Assembly: GCA_043743715.1 (NCBI GenBank)
Contig: JAYTWK010000015.1
Span: 6,576 to 70,575 of the forward strand
DNA length: 64,000 nt
Direction: 5' to 3'
From: a bacterium
Lineage (GTDB): Bacteria; Patescibacteriota; Minisyncoccia; Phycocordibacterales; UBA6899
Shown: in pieces, positions 19,768-29,536 of the stretch
Layout: each line of letters begins with the position of its first letter
Numbering within the stretch: the stretch's first letter is position 1
Program-made: the position numbers and the translations under genes
Notes under the pieces: model-generated
Databases searched by the model: none
Seen by the model: the letters and a program-made list of their open reading frames with translations, nothing else
What the model was told of the DNA's origin: nothing

Positions 19768-19818
19768 ATTTTATGTATTTTTCTACTTACTACTTACTAC
19801 CTACTACTTACTAATATT

Positions 19819-20199
19819 ATGCGTATACTTGGTATTACAGTTCCGGAGAATAAGCAGTTGTGGGTCGGCCTCACCGTGTTTTACGGCATCGGCTTCACTA
19901 CTGCGCGCAAGATTTTAAAGGAAGCGAATGTACCCGAGACGAAGAAGCCGGGAGAAATCTCGACCGACGAAGAGACCAAAATTCGTAAGTCTATTGAAGC
20001 GATGAAGATTGAAGGAGACTTGAAGCGCGAGAAGGCGAGCAACATCAAACGCTTGAAGGATATCAAGTCGTTCCGAGGCACGCGCCACACGAAGGGACTT
20101 CCTTCACGCGGTCAACGTACCAAGACCAACTCACGCACTGTTCGAGGTAATGTGAGAAAGACGATGGGTTCAGGACGGCGCAAACTCGAAAAGAAGTAA
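19819..20199 (+). CDS. rpsM: 30S ribosomal protein S13
   Basis: MRILGITVPENKQLWVGLTVFYGIG... S13 signature. Confidence 0.9.
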   Translation: MRILGITVPENKQLWVGLTVFYGIGFTTARKILKEANVPETKKPGEISTDEETKIRKSIEAMKIEGDLKREKASNIKRLKDIKSFRGTRHTKGLPSRGQRTKTNSRTVRGNVRKTMGSGRRKLEKK

Positions 20200-20241
20200 A
20201 CTAGCGAAATAAGACTTAAATTTAATACACAAGTAATTCCT

Positions 20242-20676
20242 ATGGGTAAGAAACGAATAGTAAAGAAGGCAGGTGGGTCCGTGGACCAAGGGCTTAAGGC
20301 GCGGTCGCTTTCGCGCGTGCCAAAGAAGCGTATTATCCACGGAGTTTTAAACATCCAATCGACCTACAATAACACTATCGTCTCCTTGGCAGACGCAGAA
20401 GGAAAGGTACTGATGTGGTCCACCTCCGGATCACTTGGTTTCTCGGGTGCAAAGAAAGGTACCCCGTTTGCAGCCGCTAAAATAGGCGAGCTCCTCGCTG
20501 AAAAAGCCATGCTCATGGGACTCAAGTCAGTGGACGCTGTCGTCCGCGGAGTAGGGAGTGGTCGTGAGTCTGCCATCCGCGCATTCATCGCAAAAGGCGT
20601 CGAGATTCAATCTATAAAAGACAAGACCCCGGTTCCGCATAACGGCCCCCGTGCACGTAAGCCTCGCCGCATTTAA
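20242..20676 (+). CDS. rpsK: 30S ribosomal protein S11
   Basis: ...STYNNTIVSLADAEGKVLMWSTSG...AVVRGVGSGRESAIRA... Confidence 0.9.
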   Translation: MGKKRIVKKAGGSVDQGLKARSLSRVPKKRIIHGVLNIQSTYNNTIVSLADAEGKVLMWSTSGSLGFSGAKKGTPFAAAKIGELLAEKAMLMGLKSVDAVVRGVGSGRESAIRAFIAKGVEIQSIKDKTPVPHNGPRARKPRRI

Positions 20677-20704
20677 TCACCACTACATTTAATCTAAGAA
20701 CACT

Positions 20705-21334
20705 ATGTCCGATCCAAAATGTAAAGTATGTCGACGCGCAGGCGAAAAACTCTTCTTGAAAGCAGAGAAGTGTTTTACACCTAAGTGTATTTTTGAAAAA
20801 CGCCCCACCCCTCCGGGCAAACCCCAGAACGAGCGCAAGCATCGCAGTAACCTGACCGAGTATGGTATCCAGCTCAAAGAGAAGCAGAAGATTCGCAATG
20901 TCTACGGACTCTCTGAGAAACAATTTGCAAAGTATGTAATGGAAGCGACTGACAAAAAGGGAGGCAATCCTGTCGACTCTCTGTTTGAGAAACTTGAGCG
21001 CCGCCTTGATAACGTAGTCTACCGCCTCGGATTCGCAAGGAGCCGCACCATGGCACGCCAAATGGTCGGACACGGGCACTTCGTCGTTGGCAAGCGCAAG
21101 CTCACTATCCCTTCATATCAGGTTAGAAACGATGACATGATTACCGTTCGTGAGGGAAGCCGTGTCTCTCCGATGTTCACCGGAGCTTCCGAAAAACTGA
21201 GCAAGCATGCAACTCCTGCCTGGATGATCACCGACCCAACCAAACTGACCGCAACAGTGAAAGGAACTCCAAAGTTCGACAAGAATGAGATGGGTTTCAA
21301 CTTTCAGTCAGTCATCGAGTTCTACAGTCGCTAA
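20705..21334 (+). CDS. rpsD: 30S ribosomal protein S4
   Basis: N-terminal Cys cluster (CKVCRRAGEKLFLKAEKCFTPKC) plus an S4 domain. Confidence 0.9.
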   Translation: MSDPKCKVCRRAGEKLFLKAEKCFTPKCIFEKRPTPPGKPQNERKHRSNLTEYGIQLKEKQKIRNVYGLSEKQFAKYVMEATDKKGGNPVDSLFEKLERRLDNVVYRLGFARSRTMARQMVGHGHFVVGKRKLTIPSYQVRNDDMITVREGSRVSPMFTGASEKLSKHATPAWMITDPTKLTATVKGTPKFDKNEMGFNFQSVIEFYSR

Positions 21335-21418
21335 TATTTGAAAATTTTATTAAGTACTACTAAACGCACCGGACGAAAAATTACGCCTTGTGCACAGTAA
21401 ATAATTCTATCGCTATGC

Positions 21419-22389
21419 TTGATCACAACGTCGCCTTACCATCAAAACCGAAGCCAGTCCATGAGGAGGGTTTTATGGGCGTGTATGAAATCGAAGGACT
21501 CTATCCCGGCTACGGACACACCCTCGGAAACTCTCTCCGACGCATCATCCTTTCTTCGCTTCCCGGCGCTGCGATTACACAGCTCAAGATCGACGGAGTA
21601 CTCCACGAATTTTCTACCGTAAGCGGCGTCAAAGAAGACGTCATCACCCTCATTCTGAACCTCAAGAAAGTGCGCTTTAAGATGCTCACGGACGAACCTC
21701 AGACCGTCAAACTCTCTGTGAAGGGAGTGAAGTCTGTTTCTGCCGAGGACATCGAAGCATCAGGGCTTGTCGAGGTGCTGAACCCTGACCAGTTCCTCTG
21801 TGAGGTGACAGACAAGAACGCAACGCTCCACATCGAGCTGCGTGTCGAGATTGGACTCGGGTACCTTCCCAAAGAAGCTATCCAGAAGGAGAAGGTAGAA
21901 ATCGGCATGATTGCCGTCGACGCTGCATTCACTCCTATTCGCCGGGTGAACTACGAAGTCGAGACCATGCGTGTTGGTGATCGTACCGACTACAACCGCC
22001 TGAAAATCACCATCGAAACCGACGGAACACTTCTACCCCGCACCGCACTCGAGAACGCTATCGAAGTGATGATCCATCAACTCAAGGCCATCATCGGCTT
22101 TAAAGAGGAGGAACTCGTTCACGAAGAGATGCCGAACACAGAAGAAGGTAAGGGCGATACCGGAGAGGAGGGAAGTGAGGTAGATACCGAATTCCTTAAG
22201 ACTCGTATCGACAGCCTCGACCTTTCTGCACGCACCCAAAACGCACTCACCAGCGCGAACATTCGCACCGTAGGCGGACTGGTTCGCAAAAAGGAAGAAG
22301 ATCTTCTGGACCTCGACGGACTCGGTGAGAAGGGACTTCAGGAAATCAAACGTGCACTTTCGAACTTTGGAGTAACACTCAAGCAGTAA
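21419..22389 (+). CDS. rpoA: DNA-directed RNA polymerase alpha subunit (the tracked ORF begins at 21388)
   Basis: GHTLGNSLRRIILSS N-terminal-domain motif. C-terminal domain with RTQNALTSANIRTVGGL. Confidence 0.9.
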
Positions 22390-22481
22390 GGAGTTGCAGT
22401 ACTCCGTATATCGTATAGAGTATTGAAATCTCTGAACTGACATACTGCATACAATATACAAGATACTAAATACTGAATTAT

Positions 22482-22841
22482 ATGAGACACCACAATAAAA
22501 ACAAGAAATTCGGACGTCAGCGCGGAGAGCGCGACGCACTCATGCATGGCCTCACCGTGTCTCTCATCGAGCACGGCAAGATCACCACAACAGAGTCACG
22601 CGCGAAAGCACTTCGCCCGCGCATCGAGAAGATGATCACCAAGGCTCGCACTGCAGACATCGCAGGAGTCCGTATGCTCCGCGCACGACTCGGTAACAAT
22701 CGCGCGATCACTGAGAAGCTCGTGAAGGAGGTTGCTCCCAAGTATAAGGGCGTAGCCGGCGGATACACCCGTATCACAAAGCTAGGGGCACGCAGTCAGT
22801 CTGGCGATGCGGCTGAGATGGCAATGATTGAGCTGATCTAA
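22482..22841 (+). CDS. rplQ: 50S ribosomal protein L17
   Basis: MRHHNKNKKFGRQRGERDALMHGL... Confidence 0.9.
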   Translation: MRHHNKNKKFGRQRGERDALMHGLTVSLIEHGKITTTESRAKALRPRIEKMITKARTADIAGVRMLRARLGNNRAITEKLVKEVAPKYKGVAGGYTRITKLGARSQSGDAAEMAMIELI

Positions 22842-22892
22842 ATTTTAAGACCGCTACTTTAAGACCGCTAAGAAATATAAAGAAAAATTATT

Positions 22893-23237
22893 ATGGAACA
22901 CGTTATTGACGCAAAAGGAAAATCTCTCGGACGAGTAGCGAGTGCAGTCGCTCACATCCTCCTTGGGAAAGACACCACTACGGTGAAGAAGAACGCTGTT
23001 GCGGAAGTTTCTGTGCGCGTCATTAACGCGAGCGGCCTTTCGATACAGGACAAGAAGATGACCCAAAAAACCTACCACTCGCACAGCGGATACCCCGGCA
23101 GCGACCGCGCAACTATGCTAAAAGACATCATCGCAAAGAAGGGTCACAGTGAGGCACTCAAACGCGCGGTCAAAGGTATGCTTCCTGGCAACACTCTCCG
23201 CGACAAGCGCATGATGCATTTAACCGTCGAGGAATAA
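22893..23237 (+). CDS. rplM: 50S ribosomal protein L13
   Basis: L13 fold sequence (..DAKGKSLGRVASAVAHILLGKD..). Confidence 0.8.
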   Translation: MEHVIDAKGKSLGRVASAVAHILLGKDTTTVKKNAVAEVSVRVINASGLSIQDKKMTQKTYHSHSGYPGSDRATMLKDIIAKKGHSEALKRAVKGMLPGNTLRDKRMMHLTVEE

Positions 23238-23241
23238 TCAT

Positions 23242-23718
23242 ATGGATACAGTAACAACACTAAAACCCGCAGAAAAAGCAGTAGAAAAAGCGAAGCCGGC
23301 AAAAGCTCCCAAAGTCGCTAAGGCGAAGGAAGCGTACATCGAGGGTATCGGGCGCCGCAAGACTGCTATTGCTCGCGTACGCGCCACCGTAGCCGCAAAG
23401 AACAGCTATACCGTGAACGGTAAGACGCTTGAGGAGTACTTTAAAACCCCACTCCTGTGCGACATCGTTACTTCTCCTCTTATGCGCGAAGGTTTCGAGG
23501 GAACATACACCGTTTCAGTAAAGGTTTCCGGTAGCGGCATCCACTCACAGGCAGAGGCAATCCGCCATGGACTCTCGCGTATCTTGGTTGAAGAAAATGC
23601 TGACGACAAATCTGAACTTAAGAAGCTCGGATATCTGAAGCGCGACTCTCGCAAGAAAGAGCGCAAGCACTTCGGACTCAAGAAGGCTCGCAAGGCTTCA
23701 CAGTGGTCAAAGCGCTAA
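23242..23718 (+). CDS. rpsI: 30S ribosomal protein S9
   Basis: C-terminal ...LKRDSRKKERKHFGLKKARKASQWSKR. Confidence 0.9.
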   Translation: MDTVTTLKPAEKAVEKAKPAKAPKVAKAKEAYIEGIGRRKTAIARVRATVAAKNSYTVNGKTLEEYFKTPLLCDIVTSPLMREGFEGTYTVSVKVSGSGIHSQAEAIRHGLSRILVEENADDKSELKKLGYLKRDSRKKERKHFGLKKARKASQWSKR

Positions 23719-23827
23719 AAAGGAAGACTTATCTTTTTAAGGCGTTCACACCCCAAAAAAAAGAAGATGCCGCCTTCAGGCGGTATTTCTTTTCTCGAGG
23801 ATATTTATTCGGTATACTAAGCTAGCT

Positions 23828-24451
23828 ATGCAAGATGATATAAAAAAGGACGAGGTTCAGCCCGTGTCCCCTGAAGTAGAAACAGGCGAACTTGACGATG
23901 TAGTTATTGAATCGTATAATGATGAAGAACTGAACGGAGGAGATATGACTGACTCAGATCGCATAAAAGATTTGCGTCAAAAACTCAAAGTAGCAGTCAA
24001 AGAAAAGCAGGAATATCTAGACGGCTGGCAACGCCTGAAGGCTGATTTTGCAAACTATAAAAAGCGCGAAGAAGAGGGAAAGCTCGACTTCATGAAATTC
24101 GCCCGCGAGGGCCTGGTCGCCGACCTCCTGCCGGTCTTAGAGAGCTTCCAAATGGCATTTGCAAACAAGGATGCGTGGGAGAAAATAGATAAGTCCTGGC
24201 GTACTGGTGTCGAGTATATCAATACCCAGCTGGTGCAAGTTTTAGGAAGCCATGGACTTACTGAGATGCGTCCCCTCGGTGAAGAATTCGACCCGAAGGT
24301 ACATACTTCCATCGGCCACATCCGTACCGAAGACGCGGCAAATGAGCACAAGATTGCCGAGGTCGTGCAGCCGGGATACGAACTTTCAGGAAGAGTCATT
24401 CGCTCTCCAAAAGTGAAAATATTCACAACCGGAGCAGATGACGCAACCTAA
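23828..24451 (+). CDS. grpE: Nucleotide exchange factor GrpE
   Basis: GrpE core (KADFANYKKR...LLPVLESFQMA...). Confidence 0.85.
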   Translation: MQDDIKKDEVQPVSPEVETGELDDVVIESYNDEELNGGDMTDSDRIKDLRQKLKVAVKEKQEYLDGWQRLKADFANYKKREEEGKLDFMKFAREGLVADLLPVLESFQMAFANKDAWEKIDKSWRTGVEYINTQLVQVLGSHGLTEMRPLGEEFDPKVHTSIGHIRTEDAANEHKIAEVVQPGYELSGRVIRSPKVKIFTTGADDAT

Positions 24452-24550
24452 GAAGATATTTCGCAGTTACCAGGATATGTGACAAGAGTCAAACAAAGAA
24501 ATATTTTCTTTTCAACATTGTATTATAAGTACGCTCATAATTAAACATAT

Positions 24551-26452
24551 ATGGCAAAAATTTTAGGAATCGATTTAGGAACAACAAACTCAGCGATGGC
24601 TATCGTCGAGGGAGGCGAGCCGCGCATCATTGAGAATGCGGAAGGTGTTCGCACGACTCCGTCGATAGTCGCTATCGCAAAGACCGGCGAACGTGTCGTT
24701 GGTCTTTCTGCGAAGCGCCAGGCGGTCACCAATCCAAAGAACACCATCTATCAGATCAAGCGCTTCATCGGCCACAACTTCGAGGAAGAGATGATGCAGA
24801 AGGATAAGTCACTTGTTCCGTTTGAGATGCGTCGCTCAAGTAACGGCGGTATCGAAGTCCAGATGGGAGACAAGTGGTATCGCCCTGAGGAGATCTCAGC
24901 AATGATTCTCGGCAAGCTCAAAGCTGACGCAGAAGCAAAGCTCGGCGAGACTATCACCGAAGCGGTCATCACCGTCCCGGCATACTTCAACGACTCACAA
25001 CGCCAGGCAACCAAAGACGCTGGCAAGATTGCCGGCCTCGACGTGAAGCGCATCATCAATGAGCCGACCGCAGCCGCACTCGCATACGGCTTCAACAAGA
25101 ACAAAAATGAGAAGATTGTGGTGTTTGACTTCGGAGGCGGCACGTTCGATATTTCGGTCTTGGAAGTCGCAACGGCGGACGGCGAGAATTCAATCGAAGT
25201 GAAGGCAACCGACGGTGACTCACACCTCGGAGGCAAGGATATCGACCAGAAGATTATCAACTGGCTGGCAGAGGAATTCAAGAAAGAGTCAGGTATCGAT
25301 GTCCGCACCGACACGCTCGCAAAGCAGCGCCTCGATGAGGCCGCTGAGAAGGCAAAAATAGAACTCTCGAGTGCTGTAGAGTCTGAGATCAATCTGCCTT
25401 TCATCACCTCTGATGCAACAGGCCCGCGCCACTTCGTCATCAAGATGACCCGTGCAAAGCTCGAGGAGCTGACACAGGAGTTCATCGACCGCGCAATGGA
25501 AATCACCAAGCGCGCAATGGCTGCTTCGCCCTTCAAAATTGAAGAAATCAATGAAGTCATTCTGGTCGGCGGTCAGATTCGTATGCCCGCAATGCAGAAG
25601 GCAGTTGAGAATTACTTCAAGAAGAAGCCGAATATGAGTGTGAACCCTGACGAAGTGGTCGCTATCGGCGCCGCTATCCAGGGAGGCATTCTCCAGGGCG
25701 ATGTGAAAGATATTCTCTTGCTTGACGTGATTCCACTCTCACTGGGAATTGAAACCATGGGCGGGGTTGCGACCAAACTCATCGACCGCAATACTACCAT
25801 CCCCGCATCGCGCTCACAAATATTCTCGACCGCAGCAGATAATCAGACCTCGGTAGAGGTGCATGTGGTCCAAGGAGAACGCCCGCTTGCAAGTGACAAC
25901 AAATCGCTCGGGCGCTTCATGCTCGAAGGAATTCCCCCCGCACCGCGCGGTATGCCTCAGGTCGAGGTGACCTTCGACGTCGACTCAAACGGCATCTTGA
26001 ATGTGAAAGCCAAAGACAAGACCTCCGGCAAAGAACAATCAATCCGCATCGAAGCACGTTCATCACTTTCGAAGGAGGATATCGAGCGCATGCAGAAAGA
26101 AGCGGAACTTCACGCTGATGAAGACAAGAAGAAGCATGAAGAGATAGAAGTGAGAAACATCGCTGAGAGCATGATCTACACTGCAGAAAAAGCACTCAAG
26201 GATAATGGTGAGAAAGTCCCAGCTGATATCAAAACTGATGTCGAAGAGAAGATCGCCGAACTCAAGAAAGTGAAAGACGGCACCGACACAGAAGCTATCA
26301 CCAAGGCATCGACCGCACTTTCGGATACAATGCAAAAAATAGGCGAAGCGATGGCAAAAGAAGCCAGCACCCATGAAGGGGAGGCGCCGAAAACCGATGA
26401 ACCAAAAAAGGACGAAGGTGAAGCACCGACCGGCAAAGTCCACGACGTATAA
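24551..26452 (+). CDS. dnaK: Molecular chaperone DnaK (Hsp70)
   Basis: [18 protein letters not shown] and [11 protein letters not shown] Hsp70 signatures. Confidence 0.95.
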   Translation: MAKILGIDLGTTNSAMAIVEGGEPRIIENAEGVRTTPSIVAIAKTGERVVGLSAKRQAVTNPKNTIYQIKRFIGHNFEEEMMQKDKSLVPFEMRRSSNGGIEVQMGDKWYRPEEISAMILGKLKADAEAKLGETITEAVITVPAYFNDSQRQATKDAGKIAGLDVKRIINEPTAAALAYGFNKNKNEKIVVFDFGGGTFDISVLEVATADGENSIEVKATDGDSHLGGKDIDQKIINWLAEEFKKESGIDVRTDTLAKQRLDEAAEKAKIELSSAVESEINLPFITSDATGPRHFVIKMTRAKLEELTQEFIDRAMEITKRAMAASPFKIEEINEVILVGGQIRMPAMQKAVENYFKKKPNMSVNPDEVVAIGAAIQGGILQGDVKDILLLDVIPLSLGIETMGGVATKLIDRNTTIPASRSQIFSTAADNQTSVEVHVVQGERPLASDNKSLGRFMLEGIPPAPRGMPQVEVTFDVDSNGILNVKAKDKTSGKEQSIRIEARSSLSKEDIERMQKEAELHADEDKKKHEEIEVRNIAESMIYTAEKALKDNGEKVPADIKTDVEEKIAELKKVKDGTDTEAITKASTALSDTMQKIGEAMAKEASTHEGEAPKTDEPKKDEGEAPTGKVHDV

Positions 26453-26458
26453 AAAGAG

Positions 26459-26482
26459 ACGCCCCTCATTGAGGGGCGTTTT
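26459..26482 (+). terminator. Rho-independent terminator after dnaK (acgcccctc/gaggggcgt followed by a T-run)
   Basis: 9-bp GC-rich stem with a 3-nt loop and TTT. Confidence 0.7.
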
Positions 26483-26499
26483 GGCGGTAGCGCGCGATA

Positions 26500-26763
26500 T
26501 CATCGAAAGCTGTAAAAACTTGCGAATCCTCCCCACACTGCAACCACGGGTGTAAGGCGCAGTAATACCTGCCGCTTCGACGAAGCCAACTTGGTGCAAA
26601 TTGCAGCGATCGAGCGGATCGGCGCGCCGGGAAGAACGTACTCAAACAAGATCGCACCAAGCCAGTACAAACTCCAGAACACCGAATAGCCGACGGACCA
26701 GTGGCAACCGATCCAAAAACCGAACAAGCAGACGACGGTCATGGCGACAAGTTCTTTGAACAT
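26500..26763 (-). CDS. Possible small two-TM membrane protein on the opposite strand between dnaK and dnaJ, in a locally GC-rich patch
   Basis: 87-aa ORF with two hydrophobic helices. No homology support, so it may be spurious. Confidence 0.25.
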   Translation of the reverse strand: MFKELVAMTVVCLFGFWIGCHWSVGYSVFWSLYWLGAILFEYVLPGAPIRSIAAICTKLASSKRQVLLRLTPVVAVWGGFASFYSFR

Positions 26764-26826
26764 ATTTTTCTCCGAATCGAAGAACGAGAATCAATAGGAG
26801 TTTTATGATAGCATTCATTAGTATAC

Positions 26827-26854
26827 TTGTCAAATTTAGATAACCTGCTATAAT
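26827..26854 (+). promoter_or_regulatory. Near-consensus sigma70-type promoter (TTGTCA, 16-nt spacer, TATAAT) upstream of dnaJ
   Basis: Hexamers read directly: TTGTCA at 26827-26832 and TATAAT at 26849-26854. Confidence 0.5.
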
Positions 26855-26912
26855 ATTTGAGTTAAGCTTAAATTTACCTAGCTACTATTTCCTAACTACT
26901 ACCCACTGACAT

Positions 26913-27989
26913 ATGGCAAAAAACTATTACGAAGTACTCGGCGTCGAAAAAAAGGCGACCAAGGATGACATCAAAAAGGCATTCCACAAGCTTGCGCACA
27001 AATTCCATCCCGATAAAAAGGGTGGAGATGAGGCGAAGTTTAAGGAAGTGAATGAAGCGTATCAGACACTCTCTGACGAAGGAAAAAGACGCGAATACGA
27101 TACATATGGACAGACGTTCAATGGTGGAGGGGCACCTCCCGGACATGGCCAAGGATTCGGCGGAGCTGGCTTTGGAGGACAAGGATTCGACGGCGTTGAC
27201 CTTGGTGATATCTTCAACGATTTTTTCGGCGGCGGATTTGCTAATCAGGGAGGACAAAGAGTCGAGCGTGGTAGCGATATATCAATTGATATCGAAATCA
27301 CTTTCGTTGAAAGTGTCTATGGTGCCGCCCGTAAAGTGGTCTTGGGAAAGACCGGTGTTTGCGATGTTTGCAGCGGCTCCGGAGCGAAGCCGGGCAGCAA
27401 AATGAAGAAGTGCGCTACCTGTAACGGTAAAGGCAAGGTGACTGAACAGCGTAGATCATTCCTTGGAACCTTCTCGACCGTCACCACTTGTAATGTCTGC
27501 AGCGGCAAAGGCGAGGAGCCGGAAGAAAAGTGTAAGACCTGTGGCGGCTTGGGTATCACCAAGAAGCAAGAAGAGATATCGATTAAAGTCCCTGCGGGTA
27601 TTCAAGACGGGGAGATGATTCGCATGTCGGGGCGCGGCGAAGCGGTTGTGCATGGCATTCCGGGTGACCTGTATGTACGCATTCATGTGAAAACTCATGA
27701 AGTGTTTCATCGCGAGGGTGACAACCTGGTGATGGACCTCGATATCAAACTCACCGACGCACTGCTTGGTGCCAGCTACATGATTAATGACCTTGACGGC
27801 AAGAAACTTGATGTGAAAATCCCCGAAGGAGTGAAGTTTGGTGACATCCTACGACTTAAAGAAAAGGGTGCCCCTACTGCGCGCGGCAGACGTGGTGACA
27901 TTCTCATCAATGTGAACATCAGTATCCCCACAAAACTCTCGAGCAAAGCAAAGAAGCTACTCGCCGAACTTAAGCAAGAAGGGATATAG
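26913..27989 (+). CDS. dnaJ: Molecular chaperone DnaJ
   Basis: J-domain with HPD (KFHPDKK). G/F-rich linker. Four CxxCxGxG zinc-finger repeats. Confidence 0.95.
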   Translation: MAKNYYEVLGVEKKATKDDIKKAFHKLAHKFHPDKKGGDEAKFKEVNEAYQTLSDEGKRREYDTYGQTFNGGGAPPGHGQGFGGAGFGGQGFDGVDLGDIFNDFFGGGFANQGGQRVERGSDISIDIEITFVESVYGAARKVVLGKTGVCDVCSGSGAKPGSKMKKCATCNGKGKVTEQRRSFLGTFSTVTTCNVCSGKGEEPEEKCKTCGGLGITKKQEEISIKVPAGIQDGEMIRMSGRGEAVVHGIPGDLYVRIHVKTHEVFHREGDNLVMDLDIKLTDALLGASYMINDLDGKKLDVKIPEGVKFGDILRLKEKGAPTARGRRGDILINVNISIPTKLSSKAKKLLAELKQEGI

Positions 27990-28026
27990 TCATAATTCAT
28001 AGTAGTCTGTATAATTACACTGACAT

Positions 28027-28425
28027 ATGAATCACAAAGATCTCATTTCAAAAGGCGTCGAGAAATCCTTGGGAACCGTTGCCTTTCACCAAAATGGACC
28101 ATTCAAAAGATATGAGCTATTGCAAATAGATGCGGTGACCGGTGATGGGGGATTCCGCGTCGTTACACATATCATAAGCGAATTGCCAAAACTAGTGCGG
28201 CCATATTGTGAAGTACACTATCACGATTTTGATGAGATCAATCTTATTCTCTCGGATGATGACACGCTCGCATATCGCATCACACTCGATGATGAAATAT
28301 TCGAAGTGCACTCTCCATCAACAGTGTATATTCCGGCAGGAGTACGACACGCTGCAGAAGTGATATCTGGTAAGGGAGTATTTGTCGCGATCACGTTCAC
28401 AAAGGATTACAAAGCGATGCAATAA
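28027..28425 (+). CDS. Cupin-domain protein (small, 132 aa)
   Basis: Cupin motif-2-like PAGVRHAAEV and motif-1-like HYHDFDE. First gene of the E1-like cluster. Confidence 0.5.
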   Translation: MNHKDLISKGVEKSLGTVAFHQNGPFKRYELLQIDAVTGDGGFRVVTHIISELPKLVRPYCEVHYHDFDEINLILSDDDTLAYRITLDDEIFEVHSPSTVYIPAGVRHAAEVISGKGVFVAITFTKDYKAMQ

Positions 28426-28426
28426 C

Positions 28427-29536
28427 ATGATAAAACCTAGATTCTATAAGAACAGATCCGCGCTTCCTCATGGAACAACATTCATCGACGCAACAGAAAG
28501 TGCGAGACGGGAGCTGTTCTTCATTGAACACCCTCATTTCAGTAAAACAGATCCAAAAGCAAAAGCTCCACTCAAGACTTTTCTTGCGCAGAAAAAAATA
28601 ACAACTTTAGTCTATTACCCGTGGCTACATACCGCTGTGGAGGTACCTTCGGAGGATATTTATTATCGTCTTCGCACCGCGCGCAACAGACATCTCATTA
28701 CCGAAAAAGAGCAGACGGTATATCGTAACACCGTCGTGGGAATTGCCGGACTTTCAGTCGGGTCCGCTGTGGTAGCGTCAATGGTCGCTACTGGTGGCCC
28801 AAAGCAGATCAAAATAGCTGATCCTGACTTCATTGAGATCACAAACCTCAACCGCATGCGTGCAACACTTCTTGATGTCGGAGCAAATAAAGCTGAGACA
28901 GTAGCAAAAGGGGTTTGGGAGCTCGATCCCTTTGCTGATATCGAAGTGTGGAACAAAGGACTACTGAAGACAGAATTGATCAAGTTTCTTATCAAAAAAC
29001 CGAAGATCGACATATTTGTCGACGAGATGGATGACATCGCAATGAAGGTGTCTGTGCGTTTTGCGGCGCGAGCAAAACGTATCCCCGTAGTGATGGCGAC
29101 TGATAATGGAGACAGCATTATCGTTGATATAGAACGCTTTGACCTCGAACCAAAGCGACCTATCTTTCATGGTAGAGTAAAACTGACACAAAAAGAAATG
29201 AAGCATATGGACAGGAGTCAGTTCATTGCACTTTCAACTAAGATCATCGACCCGACATATTTCACCGGCAAACAGCAGCAGTCGATTCTTGCTATAGGAA
29301 AAGAGCTTTCGGGTATCGCACAAATAGGGACCGCAGCGACCATCGCAGGAGCAGCACTGGCGTTCGTTGTACGACGCATCGCAAACGGAGACGAAATGCC
29401 TTCGGGAAGATATGTTATGGGTTGTGAATCAACGTTCATTCCAAACTACAACAGCGCAGGCGAGAAGAATAAGCGCAAACGCGACACAGTAAACTTTCTT
29501 AAGGCAATGACTGCACCGAAAAAGCGAGCGAAATGA
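28427..29536 (+). CDS. E1-like (ThiF/MoeB/HesA/MccB family) adenylyltransferase with a roughly 110-aa N-terminal extension
   Basis: Rossmann VVGIAGLSVGSAVVASMVATG, then ADPDFIEITNLNRM (the DxDxVExSNLNRQ motif). The N-terminal extension (YYPWLHTAVEVPSEDIYYRL...) is not part of the E1 fold, so it may be a peptide-clamp or RRE-like domain. Confidence 0.7.
   Translation: MIKPRFYKNRSALPHGTTFIDATESARRELFFIEHPHFSKTDPKAKAPLKTFLAQKKITTLVYYPWLHTAVEVPSEDIYYRLRTARNRHLITEKEQTVYRNTVVGIAGLSVGSAVVASMVATGGPKQIKIADPDFIEITNLNRMRATLLDVGANKAETVAKGVWELDPFADIEVWNKGLLKTELIKFLIKKPKIDIFVDEMDDIAMKVSVRFAARAKRIPVVMATDNGDSIIVDIERFDLEPKRPIFHGRVKLTQKEMKHMDRSQFIALSTKIIDPTYFTGKQQQSILAIGKELSGIAQIGTAATIAGAALAFVVRRIANGDEMPSGRYVMGCESTFIPNYNSAGEKNKRKRDTVNFLKAMTAPKKRAK

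Noticed and set aside
19782-19818. CRISPR array or microsatellite interpretation of the TACTAC tracts
   Set aside because: The units are 6-7 nt without spacers, are under 40 nt in total, and lie 2-5 nt from start codons of essential genes. They are not CRISPR-like and are more consistent with an initiation or promoter element.
24751-25560. 269-aa ORF antisense to dnaK, and many similar antisense or out-of-frame ORFs inside rpoA, alaS, aspS, trpS, gltX, the RM gene and others
   Set aside because: They lie wholly inside strongly supported conserved genes and have low-complexity, Ser/Arg-rich translations. They are artefacts of long stop-free antisense frames.
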